Below, piece by piece: positions 12,421 through 23,330 of a stretch of 64,000 nucleotides of DNA. The DNA is taken from contig CAXXLF010000002.1 in NCBI GenBank assembly GCA_963664015.2, forward strand, positions 2,080,001 through 2,144,000, read 5' to 3'. Position 1 is the first letter of the stretch; each line of letters opens with the position of its first letter. The notes below the pieces were generated by a model. The model had not been told where the DNA came from. It was given only the letters and a program-made list of their open reading frames with translations, and ran no database searches. Both the position numbers and the translations under genes were made by a program. The stretch is from Candidatus Binatia bacterium (lineage in GTDB: Bacteria > Desulfobacterota > Binatia > UBA9968 > CAXXLF01).

Positions 12421-14166
12421 ATGGGTTTTCTGATCCTGATTGTATTCTTGGGGCTCGCACTATCTAGCGGTTGCACGGTGCCCGGTTCGCCCGATAGGAC
12501 AAAAAATTTAAGTTCCCAATCTCAGAGCGCATTCTTCGGTCAGTCGCAGCCTGAAGTCTCGTCGGAAGCTAAAGCACAGGCGCATTTTATCATGGGGCAA
12601 CTCCACCTGGTAGATGGAGAGCTCAAAGAGGCCATCGAGCAATACGATTCAGCAGTTAAGTTTGACCAATCGGATCCCTATTTAAGACTTAAACTTGCTA
12701 CTCTTTACCTCCGCAACGGCAATCTCCCGGAAGCCCTGAAAGAAGCTGAGGAGGCCGCACGTCTTCGGCCCAAGCTGCTATTGGCCCGTCAGCTTCTGGC
12801 CGGGCTTTATACGGCCATTGGAAAGGACCCTGAGGGCATCCAAGAGTATCAGAAGGTCCTTGAACTCGACGGCGATAATCAAGAGGCCCTCTTGTTTTTA
12901 GGGGCGCTTTACCTCAAGGCGAAAGACTATCAAGCCGCCACTAAGAATCTCGATCGGCTCCTTGTGCTAAAACCCAGATCCATCCTGGCCTCTTCTTATT
13001 TGGGAAGAGTCCAGGCGGAGCAGAGCCGCTTTCAAGAGGCGGAGGGAACCTATCTGAAAGCGCTGGAATTAAATCCAAGATCACAAGCGATTCTGGCTGA
13101 CCTGGCGCTAGTATACGAACTCCAGGGTAAAACCGAGCAGGCCACGCGACATTACAAGAGCCTGCTGGAAGCTAATCCCTCCCATGAATGGGCGCGAAAA
13201 CGACTGGCCGAGATCAATCTGGGCCAGAACAATCTGGATACGGCACTGGAACATTTCCAGAAACTACAGGGCCTCGAAGCCGATCCGAGCGAAACCCGAA
13301 CTAAGATTGGTTTGATCTATTACGGCCGGCACGATTTTAACAAGGCTGCCAGTGAATTCAACCTCGTTCTGGCAGGTAACCCTGCAAACCATAGGGTCCG
13401 CTATTACCTGGGTGCCAGCTACGCCCAGATGAATGAGGATGAGAGGGCCATCGAGGAATTCTCCCGCATCCCGGAAAAAAGTGAGTTCTTTACGGAGTCG
13501 CGAATTCAGCTGGCGTCTATTTACGACAAGCGTGGGCAGGTCAAGAATGCCGTGGAGGCCGTGCAAGCTGCGCTGGACAAGCAGAAGGATAAAAACCGTA
13601 AAGAGCTTCTCAACCTCTTGGCCTCCCTTTATCACAAGGCCAAGGACTATCCGAAGGCCATCGAAACCGTGAAGGAAGTGATTGACCTGGATCCGCGTAA
13701 CGATCAGGCCCATTTCCGGCTAGGCGCTCTATATGACGAGAGCAAGGATAAAGACAAGACTATTGAATATATGAAGAAGGCTATCGAACTCCAGCCGAAG
13801 AACGCGGCGGCCTTGAACTATCTGGGATACACCTATGCCGAATTGGGGATCCATCTGGACCAGGCAGAAGAGTTGGTCGTCAAGGCGCTGAAAATCGAAC
13901 CTAACGATGGTTTTTACATTGATAGCCTCGGTTGGGTCTATTACCAGAAAGGCGACTACGGGCGCGCGGTGGAACAATTGGAGCGGGCAGTGGATCTAGT
14001 CATTGATGATCCGACGATAATCGAACACCTGGGGGACGCCTACGAGAAGGTTGGAAAACCGGAACATGCCCTCAAACGTTATCGGGATAGCCTTAAGGCA
14101 TCCAAGGAAGAAGATCAGGTGCAAAGATTACAACGGAAGATCCGCCGCCTGGAGAAAGGCATTTGA
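12421..14166 (+). CDS. TPR-repeat lipoprotein
   Basis: Lipobox LSSGC; many TPRs; ALNYLGYTYAE, YIDSLGWVYY, IIEHLGDAY. Confidence 0.88.
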   Translation: MGFLILIVFLGLALSSGCTVPGSPDRTKNLSSQSQSAFFGQSQPEVSSEAKAQAHFIMGQLHLVDGELKEAIEQYDSAVKFDQSDPYLRLKLATLYLRNGNLPEALKEAEEAARLRPKLLLARQLLAGLYTAIGKDPEGIQEYQKVLELDGDNQEALLFLGALYLKAKDYQAATKNLDRLLVLKPRSILASSYLGRVQAEQSRFQEAEGTYLKALELNPRSQAILADLALVYELQGKTEQATRHYKSLLEANPSHEWARKRLAEINLGQNNLDTALEHFQKLQGLEADPSETRTKIGLIYYGRHDFNKAASEFNLVLAGNPANHRVRYYLGASYAQMNEDERAIEEFSRIPEKSEFFTESRIQLASIYDKRGQVKNAVEAVQAALDKQKDKNRKELLNLLASLYHKAKDYPKAIETVKEVIDLDPRNDQAHFRLGALYDESKDKDKTIEYMKKAIELQPKNAAALNYLGYTYAELGIHLDQAEELVVKALKIEPNDGFYIDSLGWVYYQKGDYGRAVEQLERAVDLVIDDPTIIEHLGDAYEKVGKPEHALKRYRDSLKASKEEDQVQRLQRKIRRLEKGI

Positions 14167-14984
14167 GACTGTCCCAGCGGTTGGGGCGATGCATCCAATT
14201 ACGGTGCGCATCAGCTTTGCTCACTGTATCTTTGGTACTGGGAGGCTGCGCCGCCCTGCAGCGAACCGCCACCCGTCCTGACCCTGCCCTCACGAAGAGC
14301 CTTACAACCGATGAGCTGCTTTCGGGACTGGCACTACGAATGGAACAGATGCAGTCTCTGCGCAGCCCCTACCGCGTCTCCTATAAAGGGCAAAAGGAGA
14401 AAGGCGGATTCCACGGGGCAATTTTGGTCCATCGACCTGACCGTCTTCGTCTGGAGACCCTCTCACTAGTGGGAGCTATTTTGGTTTTAACGGCCGACGG
14501 TGATCAGGTTGCGGTCTTTCTCCCAAGGGAGAAGGTTTTCTCTCGCGGTAAGAGCACCAAGGAAAATTTATTGCGTTTTACCCGGATCCCGTTGGAATTG
14601 AAAGAATTGACTTCCATTTTGCTCGGATTGCCCCCAGTGGAGTTGCAAGGGACCTGGGAGAGAGACGGGTCCGCACTGCAGCGTCGGTTGCCACGGGGCG
14701 GGCGTGAGCGTATCGATTTCGACTCGGGACTCGGGCTGCCCCTCAGGTGGGATCGCTTCTTGGCCAGTGGAAAGAACGAGCTCACGGCCTTTTTCTCCGA
14801 GTTTATTGACACCCCCATGGGTTCTTTCCCGTCGAAGATTTCACTGCAGTATCCTTCCCAGGGAAGGTCATGGGAGATCCGCTACCAAGAGCCGGACTTG
14901 AATGTGGAGATACCGCTCCCCCTGTTTGTCCAACAGAGGCCGAAGAGCGTCAGGGAAGTTCCCCTTGAGTCCTTTGGTGGTTAG
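14163..14984 (+). CDS. Lipoprotein, LolB/DUF4292-like
   Basis: Lipobox LGGC, RPDRLRLE motif, beta-rich; 4-nt overlap with the TPR gene. Confidence 0.65.
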   Translation: MRLSQRLGRCIQLRCASALLTVSLVLGGCAALQRTATRPDPALTKSLTTDELLSGLALRMEQMQSLRSPYRVSYKGQKEKGGFHGAILVHRPDRLRLETLSLVGAILVLTADGDQVAVFLPREKVFSRGKSTKENLLRFTRIPLELKELTSILLGLPPVELQGTWERDGSALQRRLPRGGRERIDFDSGLGLPLRWDRFLASGKNELTAFFSEFIDTPMGSFPSKISLQYPSQGRSWEIRYQEPDLNVEIPLPLFVQQRPKSVREVPLESFGG

Positions 14985-15032
14985 GCGGTTGGGCAGTTGG
15001 GCAGTTGGGATAGTCTCCCCCTCCTAAAAATC

Positions 15033-16769
15033 ATGGTTTGGAAGAAACTCCTGATCCTGCTTATTTTGAGCGCCACCCTGCATTCGGGGTGCGACACGCA
15101 AAAACAGCGACCGGCCAGTGAGGTTATGGGCGATTGGCTGTTGGCCCATATACTGAGCGACCCGGAACAGCTCAATCCCCTGACCAGTAACGACGCCGGA
15201 GCCAGTGCCATTCTAGGCTATGTAATTGAAAGTCTGCTGACCCGGGATCCGAGGACCCTGCAGCTCAAGCCGTTACTTGCCGCATCCCGTCCCGTAATTT
15301 CCGAAGACAAGCTTCGCTATACCTTCAAGATTCGCCATGACGTTACCTTCCAGGATGGTCGCCCTATGACCGGAGCGGACGTCCTGTTCAGCCTAAAGGC
15401 CATCAAGTGTCCGCTGGTCAATGCACCCTTTGCCCGCGTCTACTATGATTCGGTGATCGACGCGAAGCTCATCGATCCCTATACTATCCAGTTCGATACC
15501 AAAGAACCTTACTTTCTCAACGAGAGCGTGCTCGGAGGAATATCCGTCCTGCCGCGCCATTTCTACGACCCCGATGATTTGCTCAAGGACGTAACGATCA
15601 AGCAGCTAGGGGCCGATCCAAAATCACTGCCCGAACCCATCAAGCGGTTCGCCGACCAGTTCAATAAGAACTATAGCCGCAACCCCATGGGGAGTGGCCC
15701 GTACAAGTTTTTCAAGTGGAAAACCGGACAAGAGGTTATTCTCGAAAGGAACGACGCCTATTGGGGCAAGGGCAAAGAAGGAACCGACCAGCCCCATATC
15801 TATCTTTTGAGATTCCAGGTCATCAACAATACGGATGGCGCGCTGGTTAGCCTGAAGAGCGGGAGGTTGGATTTGATGAGCCTGCAGCCGCTCCAGCACC
15901 TGAAGCAGACGACGAGCAAGCGTTTTCAGAGCGAATATGAAAAGTTCATTTACTTTGCTCCTGGCTTTACCTACATCGGTTGGAACAACAAGCATTTCCT
16001 GTTCCGGGACCGGCGGGTGCGCCAAGCCATGACCTATCTGACCAACCGGGTACAGTTGGTTGAGACAGTGCTATCCGGTCTCGGACAGGTTGTGGATAGC
16101 CCGATTTATTATTTTCGACCCGAATATGATAAGAGTCTTAAAAGTTATCCCTTCGATCCGCCAAAGGCCCTGGCCCTATTGACGGAAGCCGGATGGAAGG
16201 ACACTGACGGCGATGGAATCCTGGATAAGATAATCGATGGCGAGCGCGTGCCCTTTCGCTTTGAGCTCAAGTTTAACTCTGGCAACTCGATCCGAAGAAG
16301 TGTGGCGTTGGCCCTCCAGGACGAGCTCAAAAAGCACGGGATCGCTGTAACCGTGCGTCAATTGGACTGGACAATATTTTTGGACGATGTGAGGCACCAC
16401 AAATTCGATGCTATGATCCTGGGCTGGGCCATGAGCGTCAACGAGCCCGACGCCTTCCAGGTATGGCACTCGTCTCAGGCCGCTAACAAAGGCTCCAACA
16501 TGATCAGCTTCAAGAACCAACGGGTTGACCAGATCCTGGAAGAGTACCGGCAGGAATTTGATCCCGTCAAAAGGATCGAATTATACCGCGAGTTCCAGCA
16601 AATTCTACATGCGGAGCAGCCCTATACCTTTCTCTTTATCGGCAAGTCCATATCCGCGGTCCACAGGCGCTTTCAAAATGTGGAAGTCCTGCCCGCCGGG
16701 GGACTCAAGCTTATCGAATGGTGGGTCCGTCCTGAGGACCAGAAATACCGGAGTCATCCGACACCCTAG
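15033..16769 (+). CDS. Peptide ABC transporter substrate-binding lipoprotein (family 5)
   Basis: Lipobox HSGC; LNPL, FQDGRPMTGADVLFS, PMGSGPYKF, FRDRRVRQAM, DTDGDG. Confidence 0.92.
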   Translation: MVWKKLLILLILSATLHSGCDTQKQRPASEVMGDWLLAHILSDPEQLNPLTSNDAGASAILGYVIESLLTRDPRTLQLKPLLAASRPVISEDKLRYTFKIRHDVTFQDGRPMTGADVLFSLKAIKCPLVNAPFARVYYDSVIDAKLIDPYTIQFDTKEPYFLNESVLGGISVLPRHFYDPDDLLKDVTIKQLGADPKSLPEPIKRFADQFNKNYSRNPMGSGPYKFFKWKTGQEVILERNDAYWGKGKEGTDQPHIYLLRFQVINNTDGALVSLKSGRLDLMSLQPLQHLKQTTSKRFQSEYEKFIYFAPGFTYIGWNNKHFLFRDRRVRQAMTYLTNRVQLVETVLSGLGQVVDSPIYYFRPEYDKSLKSYPFDPPKALALLTEAGWKDTDGDGILDKIIDGERVPFRFELKFNSGNSIRRSVALALQDELKKHGIAVTVRQLDWTIFLDDVRHHKFDAMILGWAMSVNEPDAFQVWHSSQAANKGSNMISFKNQRVDQILEEYRQEFDPVKRIELYREFQQILHAEQPYTFLFIGKSISAVHRRFQNVEVLPAGGLKLIEWWVRPEDQKYRSHPTP

Positions 16770-16781
16770 CGGGGGCCGACC

Positions 16782-17813
16782 ATGTGGCGCTATATAATTC
16801 AGCGCTTGTTCCTCTTTATCCCTACCTTTTTGGGTATTACGCTCATTGGTTTTCTAATCATGCGTCTCGCACCCGGAGATCCGGCCGAACTGTTGGCAGG
16901 GGGTGGGCTGGAGGCAGCAGGCGGCGCGGGAATTTCACTCGAAAAGAAAGGTACCGTCGATCAGGCGCTGGCCCAGTGGCGTGCCCAGTACGGTCTGGAT
17001 CGATCACTCCATGTTCAATACGGCATTTGGCTTAAGAACCTGTTCACGCTCGAATTCGGCGATTCGTTCAAAGACAATCAGCCGGTCGTAGGTAAGATAC
17101 GTGACCGGCTCCCGATAACGATCACGCTAAACGTCCTTTCGATATTTCTGGTTTACCTGATTGCCATCCCGTTGGGGATCTATTCGGCTACCCATTCGTA
17201 TTCGTTGGGGGACCAGCTTACCACACTGGCCGCCTTCATCCTGTTCTCCTTACCCGTCGTCTGGGCCGGTACCATGGCCCTCGTTTTTCTATGCGGCGGA
17301 GATTTCTTTTATATCTTCCCACCTGCAGGGCTGACGGCTATAGACTATTCACCGGACTGGCCCCTTTGGTTGAGGGTCAAGGATCGAGTCTGGCATCTCT
17401 TTATGCCCGTGGTCTTGCTGTCCTATTCGGGCTTTGCTGGCTTGTCCCGTTACATGCGCACTGGCATGCGTGAGGTTTTGGGTCAGGACTTTGTCCGCAC
17501 GGCTAGGGCCAAAGGGTTGGCCGAGCGCGTGGTCATATTCAAACATGTCTTGCGAAACTCGCTCATCCCTATGGTGACAATTCTGGCCTCGATCTTGCCC
17601 GGCTTGATCGGCGGTAGCATCATTATCGAGACGATCTTTTCGATCCCCGGATTGGGCCAGCTCGGATACCAGGCGGTGCTGGCCAGAGACTATCCGACGG
17701 TCATGGCTCTCTTTACGGTGAGCTCCATGCTGGCCCTCTTTGGTATTCTCCTTTCGGATATCCTTCTTACGGTCGTTGATCCGCGTATCGCCTTTGGGCG
17801 ACGGGAGGGTTGA
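16782..17813 (+). CDS. Peptide ABC transporter permease (OppB/DppB-like)
   Basis: LAPGDP, FVRTARAKGL, IETIFSIPGLG, VDPRI. Confidence 0.93.
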   Translation: MWRYIIQRLFLFIPTFLGITLIGFLIMRLAPGDPAELLAGGGLEAAGGAGISLEKKGTVDQALAQWRAQYGLDRSLHVQYGIWLKNLFTLEFGDSFKDNQPVVGKIRDRLPITITLNVLSIFLVYLIAIPLGIYSATHSYSLGDQLTTLAAFILFSLPVVWAGTMALVFLCGGDFFYIFPPAGLTAIDYSPDWPLWLRVKDRVWHLFMPVVLLSYSGFAGLSRYMRTGMREVLGQDFVRTARAKGLAERVVIFKHVLRNSLIPMVTILASILPGLIGGSIIIETIFSIPGLGQLGYQAVLARDYPTVMALFTVSSMLALFGILLSDILLTVVDPRIAFGRREG

Positions 17814-17816
17814 GCG

Positions 17817-18845
17817 TTGGCTTCGGAACCAGGAGTCGTCAGGTTTGGCGAGGGATATTGGGCCATTGTCTGGCGGCAGTTCATGAGAAACCGTCTTGCC
17901 GCCGTGGGGCTGTACGTAGTGATGGGACTCTTCGTGGTGGCCCTTTTCGCCGATTTTTTGGCCAACGATAAGCCTTACTATATGCGCTACCAGGGCCGGA
18001 GCTATTTCCCGATTCTTCGCAGTTATCTTGTCGATATCGGTGTCGCCAAGTGGCAGCCCGAACTCCTCAATGTGAATTTCAAACAACTCGGGAGTGATTG
18101 GAGTCTATTCCCTCCCATTTCCTATCGATCGACGAACATCGACCTGAAGTCCCCTTTTAGCAATCCTTCGGGGGAGCACTGGCTCGGGACGGATAAACTG
18201 GGGCGTGATGTGATGGCCGGAATTATTCACGGGTCTCGGGTTTCCCTATTCATCGGTTTCGTGGCCGTGGGGATTTCTATGTTTATCGGTATCGTCCTCG
18301 GGGCCCTGGCAGGGTTTTTTGGTTCTTGGGTGGATCTGGCGATTTCCAGGTTATTCGAGCTCATGATGGCGATACCTACTTTTTTTCTCCTTATTACTAT
18401 TGCGGCCCTGTTGCCGCCCAGCATCTTTCTGACTATGACGGTTATCGGGTTGACGAGTTGGGTGGGTATTGCGCGGTTTACACGAAACGAGTTCTTAAGA
18501 ATTCGTGGTTTGGATTATGTTACGGCGGCTATTGCACTGGGGGTCTCTAACCGCCAGGTCATGTTCCGTCACATTTTGCCCAATGCTCTGGCCCCCGTCA
18601 TGGTGTCTGTGGTCCTGGGCGTCGCAGCGGCTATCCTGGTTGAGTCGAGTCTGAGCTTCCTCGGTATCGGTGTGCCCGCCGATCTGGTTACCTGGGGCTC
18701 GATCCTCAATGAGGCGCGCAGTAACTCCTTTGCGTGGTGGCTGGCGGTCTTTCCGGGGGTGGCAATCTTTATAACCGTTTTAGCCTATTATCTGGTCGGC
18801 GAGGGATTGCGCGACGCCCTAGACCCGAAATTGCGGGGTTTGTGA
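17817..18845 (+). CDS. Peptide ABC transporter permease (OppC/DppC-like)
   Basis: HWLGTDKLGRD, HILPNA, ESSLSFLG, GEGLRDALDPK. Confidence 0.93.
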   Translation: MASEPGVVRFGEGYWAIVWRQFMRNRLAAVGLYVVMGLFVVALFADFLANDKPYYMRYQGRSYFPILRSYLVDIGVAKWQPELLNVNFKQLGSDWSLFPPISYRSTNIDLKSPFSNPSGEHWLGTDKLGRDVMAGIIHGSRVSLFIGFVAVGISMFIGIVLGALAGFFGSWVDLAISRLFELMMAIPTFFLLITIAALLPPSIFLTMTVIGLTSWVGIARFTRNEFLRIRGLDYVTAAIALGVSNRQVMFRHILPNALAPVMVSVVLGVAAAILVESSLSFLGIGVPADLVTWGSILNEARSNSFAWWLAVFPGVAIFITVLAYYLVGEGLRDALDPKLRGL

Positions 18846-18920
18846 GGATTGCGTCGGGGATTGTGTTGGAATTGAGAATGGGCGAGATTTCTGATTGCTG
18901 ATAATTGATCGCTGGGAGTT

Positions 18921-19886
18921 ATGGCAGCTTTGATCCAAGTCAAGAACCTTCGTACGTCGTTTTTCACACCGGAAGGCGAAGTCTGCGCCGTGGACGATGT
19001 GAGTTTCGAAATCGAAGAAGGCAGGACCCTGGGCCTGGTGGGGGAGTCTGGCTGCGGCAAGAGTGTTACCGCCCTTTCCATCTTGCGTCTCATCCCTTCG
19101 CCTCCCGGTAGGGTGGTTGGTGGAGAGGTGATATTTCGCGACCGCGATTTGCTTGGCTTGAGCAGTGAGGAGATGCGCCGGGTCCGGGGCAACGATATTT
19201 CCATGGTCTTTCAGGAACCCATGACCTCGTTGAATCCGGTGTTCACCGTTGGTAACCAGATCATAGAGGCCATACGTTTGCACCAGGGCTTGGGCAAGCA
19301 AGAGGCTCGGGTTCGGGCGGTTGAAATGCTCCGGCTGGTCAAAATCGCCGATCCCGAAGCCCGGGTGGATGTCTACCCGCATCAACTGAGCGGAGGGATG
19401 CGCCAGAGGGTGATGATCGCCATGGCCCTTTCCTGTAACCCCAAACTCCTCATTGCCGACGAACCTACCACGGCCCTGGATGTGACCATCCAGGCCCAGA
19501 TTCTCGACCTCATGAAAGAGCTGCAAGAAAGACTGGGCATGGCCCTGTTGCTCATTACCCATGACCTGGGGGTCGTGGCCGAACAGGCCGATGAAGTGGC
19601 CATCATGTATGCCGGTAAGATAGTAGAACAGGCTCGTCCAGACGTGATCTTCTCCCAACCCCTTCATCCCTACACCTTGGGCTTGTTGAACTCGGTTCCG
19701 GGGATTAGCGGAGAGAAGAAAAAACGGTTGGAGGCGATTCCCGGTGTAGTTCCTAACCTGTTGGAGTTGCCTGGAGGATGCCGGTTCCGTGATCGATGCC
19801 CCAGGGCAGCAGACGTTTGTGCCGAGGGGGAGCCCGAACTGGTGGAAAAGGATAAGGGCCGCACTGTGGCCTGTTTTATGGCATAA
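18921..19886 (+). CDS. Peptide ABC transporter ATPase (OppD/DppD-like)
   Basis: [30 protein letters not shown]-terminal Cys cluster. Confidence 0.94.
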   Translation: MAALIQVKNLRTSFFTPEGEVCAVDDVSFEIEEGRTLGLVGESGCGKSVTALSILRLIPSPPGRVVGGEVIFRDRDLLGLSSEEMRRVRGNDISMVFQEPMTSLNPVFTVGNQIIEAIRLHQGLGKQEARVRAVEMLRLVKIADPEARVDVYPHQLSGGMRQRVMIAMALSCNPKLLIADEPTTALDVTIQAQILDLMKELQERLGMALLLITHDLGVVAEQADEVAIMYAGKIVEQARPDVIFSQPLHPYTLGLLNSVPGISGEKKKRLEAIPGVVPNLLELPGGCRFRDRCPRAADVCAEGEPELVEKDKGRTVACFMA

Positions 19887-19888
19887 AG

Positions 19889-19920
19889 GCTATCAGCTAT
19901 TAGCTGTCAGCCATTAGCCA
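19889..19920. repeat. Degenerate 7-mer tandem repeat
   Basis: gctatca-gctatta-gctgtca-gccatta-gcca just after the oppD-like stop. Confidence 0.7.
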
Positions 19921-20163
19921 GAATCGAGTACTTCTGTTCGGAACGGAATACTGACGGGTTAAAACTAGCCGAAGATATCTGAGAATCTCGGTTAACTTTT
20001 GAATCACGGGATTGGGAACAAGATGAATCGCGTGAATACGCAAAGCACGCCAAGTTTGGAGAAATCCGGAAAATATTTCCCTTTGCGCCTTGGCGCGATA
20101 AACTCTGTTGAAGTCCTTCTGTTGATCGTTCTATCGGTAAGTATCTAATAGTTGGGTTTCATC

Positions 20164-21144
20164 ATGAGTCTCCTCGAGATCAAAAATCTAAAAAAGTATT
20201 TCCCCCTGGGTAGAGGGTGGCTATCCCGGCGTGTGGATGACGTCAAGGCTGTCGATGGCGTGAGCCTTGACATCGAGGAAGGAGAGACGCTGGGTTTGGT
20301 CGGTGAATCGGGATGCGGCAAGTCGACCCTGGGGCGCAGCATCCTTCGCCTCATCGAACCAACCGAAGGCGAGGTTGTTTTCGATGGCCGGGAAATCCTG
20401 CGCTTGTCCCCAAGCGAGATGCGCGACATGCGCAAGCAGATGCAGATAATCTTTCAGGACCCCTATAGTTCTTTAAACCCGCGCATGCGGGTCGGGGACG
20501 TCGTGGGAGAGGGCCTGGAGATCTATGGAATCGCCCGGGGAAGGGCCAAGACGGATCGTGTCATAGAGATTTTGCGCCAGGTGGGTCTCAGGGCAGAGCA
20601 CTACGACCGGTACCCGCATGAGTTTAGCGGCGGGCAACGTCAGCGAATCGGTATTGCTCGCGCCCTGGCAGTCCATCCCAAGTTTATTGTTGCCGATGAG
20701 CCCGTATCCTCGCTGGACGTATCGATTCAGGCTCAAATCATCAACCTCTTGCAGGAACTGCAGGAGACCCTGCACCTCACCTACCTGTTTATTTCCCACG
20801 ATCTGAGGATGGTCGAACAGGTTAGTCACCGGGTTGCGATCATGTACCTGGGAAAGCTGGTTGAGGTGGCACCGACAGAAACCATCTACCGGGAGGCCAA
20901 GCACCCCTATACCCGGGCCCTTCTCTCCGCTGTGCCCGTAACCGATAAGGCGCAAAAAAAAGATAGGATAGTTCTCGAGGGCGATGTTCCCAGCCCTCTG
21001 AATCCCCCTTCAGGGTGCAGTTTTCACCCTCGGTGTCCCTTCCGGGAGAGGATCTGTACGGAGATCGAGCCGCAACTCGAATCCGATGCTAACGGCCAAA
21101 GTGTGGCCTGCCATGTATTCGGCCCGAGCAAAGGCAAGGGATAG
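20164..21144 (+). CDS. Peptide ABC transporter ATPase (OppF/DppF-like)
   Basis: [39 protein letters not shown]. Confidence 0.94.
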   Translation: MSLLEIKNLKKYFPLGRGWLSRRVDDVKAVDGVSLDIEEGETLGLVGESGCGKSTLGRSILRLIEPTEGEVVFDGREILRLSPSEMRDMRKQMQIIFQDPYSSLNPRMRVGDVVGEGLEIYGIARGRAKTDRVIEILRQVGLRAEHYDRYPHEFSGGQRQRIGIARALAVHPKFIVADEPVSSLDVSIQAQIINLLQELQETLHLTYLFISHDLRMVEQVSHRVAIMYLGKLVEVAPTETIYREAKHPYTRALLSAVPVTDKAQKKDRIVLEGDVPSPLNPPSGCSFHPRCPFRERICTEIEPQLESDANGQSVACHVFGPSKGKG

Positions 21145-21187
21145 TTCGCAGCGGTCCATTTGCTGTCCCGGTAGCCTCGCCACAAGG

Positions 21188-21215
21188 TTGATTTACTTGC
21201 GCCAGGTGGTAAAAT
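21188..21215 (+). promoter_or_regulatory. Probable sigma70 promoter of greA
   Basis: TTGATT-16nt-TAAAAT with extended -10 TGn; AAGGAGG RBS downstream. Confidence 0.55.
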
Positions 21216-21274
21216 TTAAGTTCCTTAGAGTCTTTTCCCGCAATTGTAACCATTACTAAGGAGGAAACGAATCG

Positions 21275-21763
21275 ATGGCAGATCTCTCCGCTCGTGCACC
21301 CATGACCCCCAAGGGCAAGCAACGCCTCATAGATGAGCTACGCCGTTTGAAGTCCATTGAGAGGCCCAAGGTCGTCCAGGAAATTGAGGAGGCCCGAGAA
21401 CACGGGGATCTCTCCGAAAACGCCGAATTTCACGCCGCCAAAGAAAAACAATCCCTTTTGGGAGCGCAAATCAACGACATAGAAGACATGTTATCGCGGG
21501 CCGAGGTGATCGACGTCTCTAAGCTCTCCGGGGACAAGGTGGTCTTTGGGGCTACGGTTAGGCTCGCAGATGGGGATTCGGGGGAAGAGGTGGTCTATCA
21601 GATCGTTGGCGATCGTGAGTCGGAACCGAAAAACGGTAAGATTTCCGTCAGTTCGCCTATTGCCCGGTCACTTATCAGAAAATCGGTAGGCGACGAGGTT
21701 GAGGTCCGAACACCCTCGGGAGTCCGCAATTTCGAAATCCTTGACGTAGATTTTAAAGACTGA
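21275..21763 (+). CDS. greA: Transcription elongation factor GreA
   Basis: AREHGDLSENAEF, ISVSSPIARSL. Confidence 0.96.
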   Translation: MADLSARAPMTPKGKQRLIDELRRLKSIERPKVVQEIEEAREHGDLSENAEFHAAKEKQSLLGAQINDIEDMLSRAEVIDVSKLSGDKVVFGATVRLADGDSGEEVVYQIVGDRESEPKNGKISVSSPIARSLIRKSVGDEVEVRTPSGVRNFEILDVDFKD

Positions 21764-22003
21764 TTCCGATCCAAGACCAGTCGATATCCAAAAACCTTCC
21801 AACAAACCATCCTTATTGCCAGTATTGCCGGGTACGATGTTTGACTCTACGCCCTTAAGGCACTATAGGGGTTATTCGGGTAGAAAGCCGTGCGGGGAAG
21901 ATTGCGTGCTATGGAGTGTGTATTCAGCCCACTAGGCAGATTTGTCACATACGATCGGGGCTAGACTTTTTTCCCCATCCCGCCGCTCTTCTATAAGAGA
22001 ATC

Positions 22004-22854
22004 ATGTCTCTGAAGATCAGAAGGGATGTCATAACTCTCTCATCCCTGTTTCTTACTGTATCCCTGGCCCGAGCAGACGTAACACTGGACGTCGAGTTTG
22101 GCTTTCATCGCCTTTTCAAGCTGGGGCATCCCTTTCCTCTGTCGGTTGTTATTACCAATCCTGGAAGCCCGCTCGAGGGAGAGCTCCAGGTAGAGATATG
22201 GAAAGGGGGCGCTGCCAAAGTGATGGCTCCGTACCCATTTTTTCATCGGAAAGAGATCTTTCTCGCCGCCCGCTCTCAGAGAAAAATACCGTTCACTGTT
22301 CATCCTGACTCTATGGCTCGCCACCTGAAGGTTACCTTCACTGGGCTTGACGTGGAGGTGACCCGGGAGTTCGATTTGCGGGGGCATTTTCCCCCTTCAC
22401 CGTTAATCTTGTTAGCGATCAGCAGTTCCACACTCCTGGCCGTACCGTTGGCCGGTAAGTCGCAGGCCCCTGTCGTTACTCTGTCTGCTGATGAGCTGCC
22501 TTCAGACACTAGGGCCTATCAAGAGGTATGGGCCGTTGTTCTCTACGAGCAGTCTTTGCTAGGTCTTTCCGATCTCCAACGTCGGGCCCTTGAGAGTTGG
22601 ATCTACAGTGGCGGCGGATTCGTGGTCCTCGGAGGCCTGCATTACGCTCTCTATCAGGAGGCGTCTCTCGCGGCACTCCTGCCGATCCGGGTGGTCGGAC
22701 TCAAGGAAGTGGCCGATCTACCGAATTTGAAACGGCACTACGGTCGTGATTTATCCCAGACGGGAAACCTCTGGGTACAGGATGCAAAGGTCACGGAGGG
22801 AGAGGTTCTTATCGCAGAAGGAGGGAGTCCTATCCTGGCGATGGTCAGTCGAGG
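22004..22854 (+). pseudogene. Exported hypothetical protein, apparently C-terminally truncated and fused to a transposase remnant
   Basis: Signal peptide; WIYSGG.FVVLGG and LLP motifs; sequence character changes abruptly at about 22850. Confidence 0.6.
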
Positions 22855-23206
22855 ACCAAAGGGTTTTGGGAGAAGAAGGATTTGTGGAGGAGCTAAGCCG
22901 GGGAATTGAGGAGCAACAAGAAGGAGGTAAAAAGGCGCCGTTTGAGCAGGCGATTAGAGAATTGGCGAAGCAATTAGGGACGACGTCAGTGGAATTGATA
23001 GGTCGGGACCGCCGATGGACAGTTACTAGAAAACGGGCATCGGCGATTGCCCTATTGGTCCGAGAGTATGGTTACAAGGTAACTGAAGTCGCAAAGTTGT
23101 AAAGCCGTGATCAGGCAAACGTTAGCCTTACGTTGTCACGGTGGGCTGAGAGGGTGGCGAAGCAAACTCCGAAACATTGATAAGATTGTAATGTCTGACC
23201 CCAATT
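22848..23206 (+). mobile_element. 3' remnant of a REP-associated (RAYT-like) tyrosine transposase with end motif
   Basis: VEDQRVLGEEGFVE...YGYKVTEVAKL*SRDQANVS (HTH-like tail, stop at 23100); ends GTCTGACCCCAATT; catalytic HUH half absent. Family call is from recall. Confidence 0.6.
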
Positions 23207-23330
23207 TCACATGGTAGATCTCCCAGCCGGAAGAATGCGGTCCACTGACCTCCCACTGTTTACTAATTCCATCCGACGTCAGGATAAACGCGCCCTTCCG
23301 TGTCCCAACCAGTACTCGTACCTTACTCAT
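23205..23330 (-). pseudogene. N-terminal fragment of a BNR-repeat/exo-sialidase-like protein
   Basis: [21 protein letters not shown]...[14 protein letters not shown], cut at the transposase end. Confidence 0.72.
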
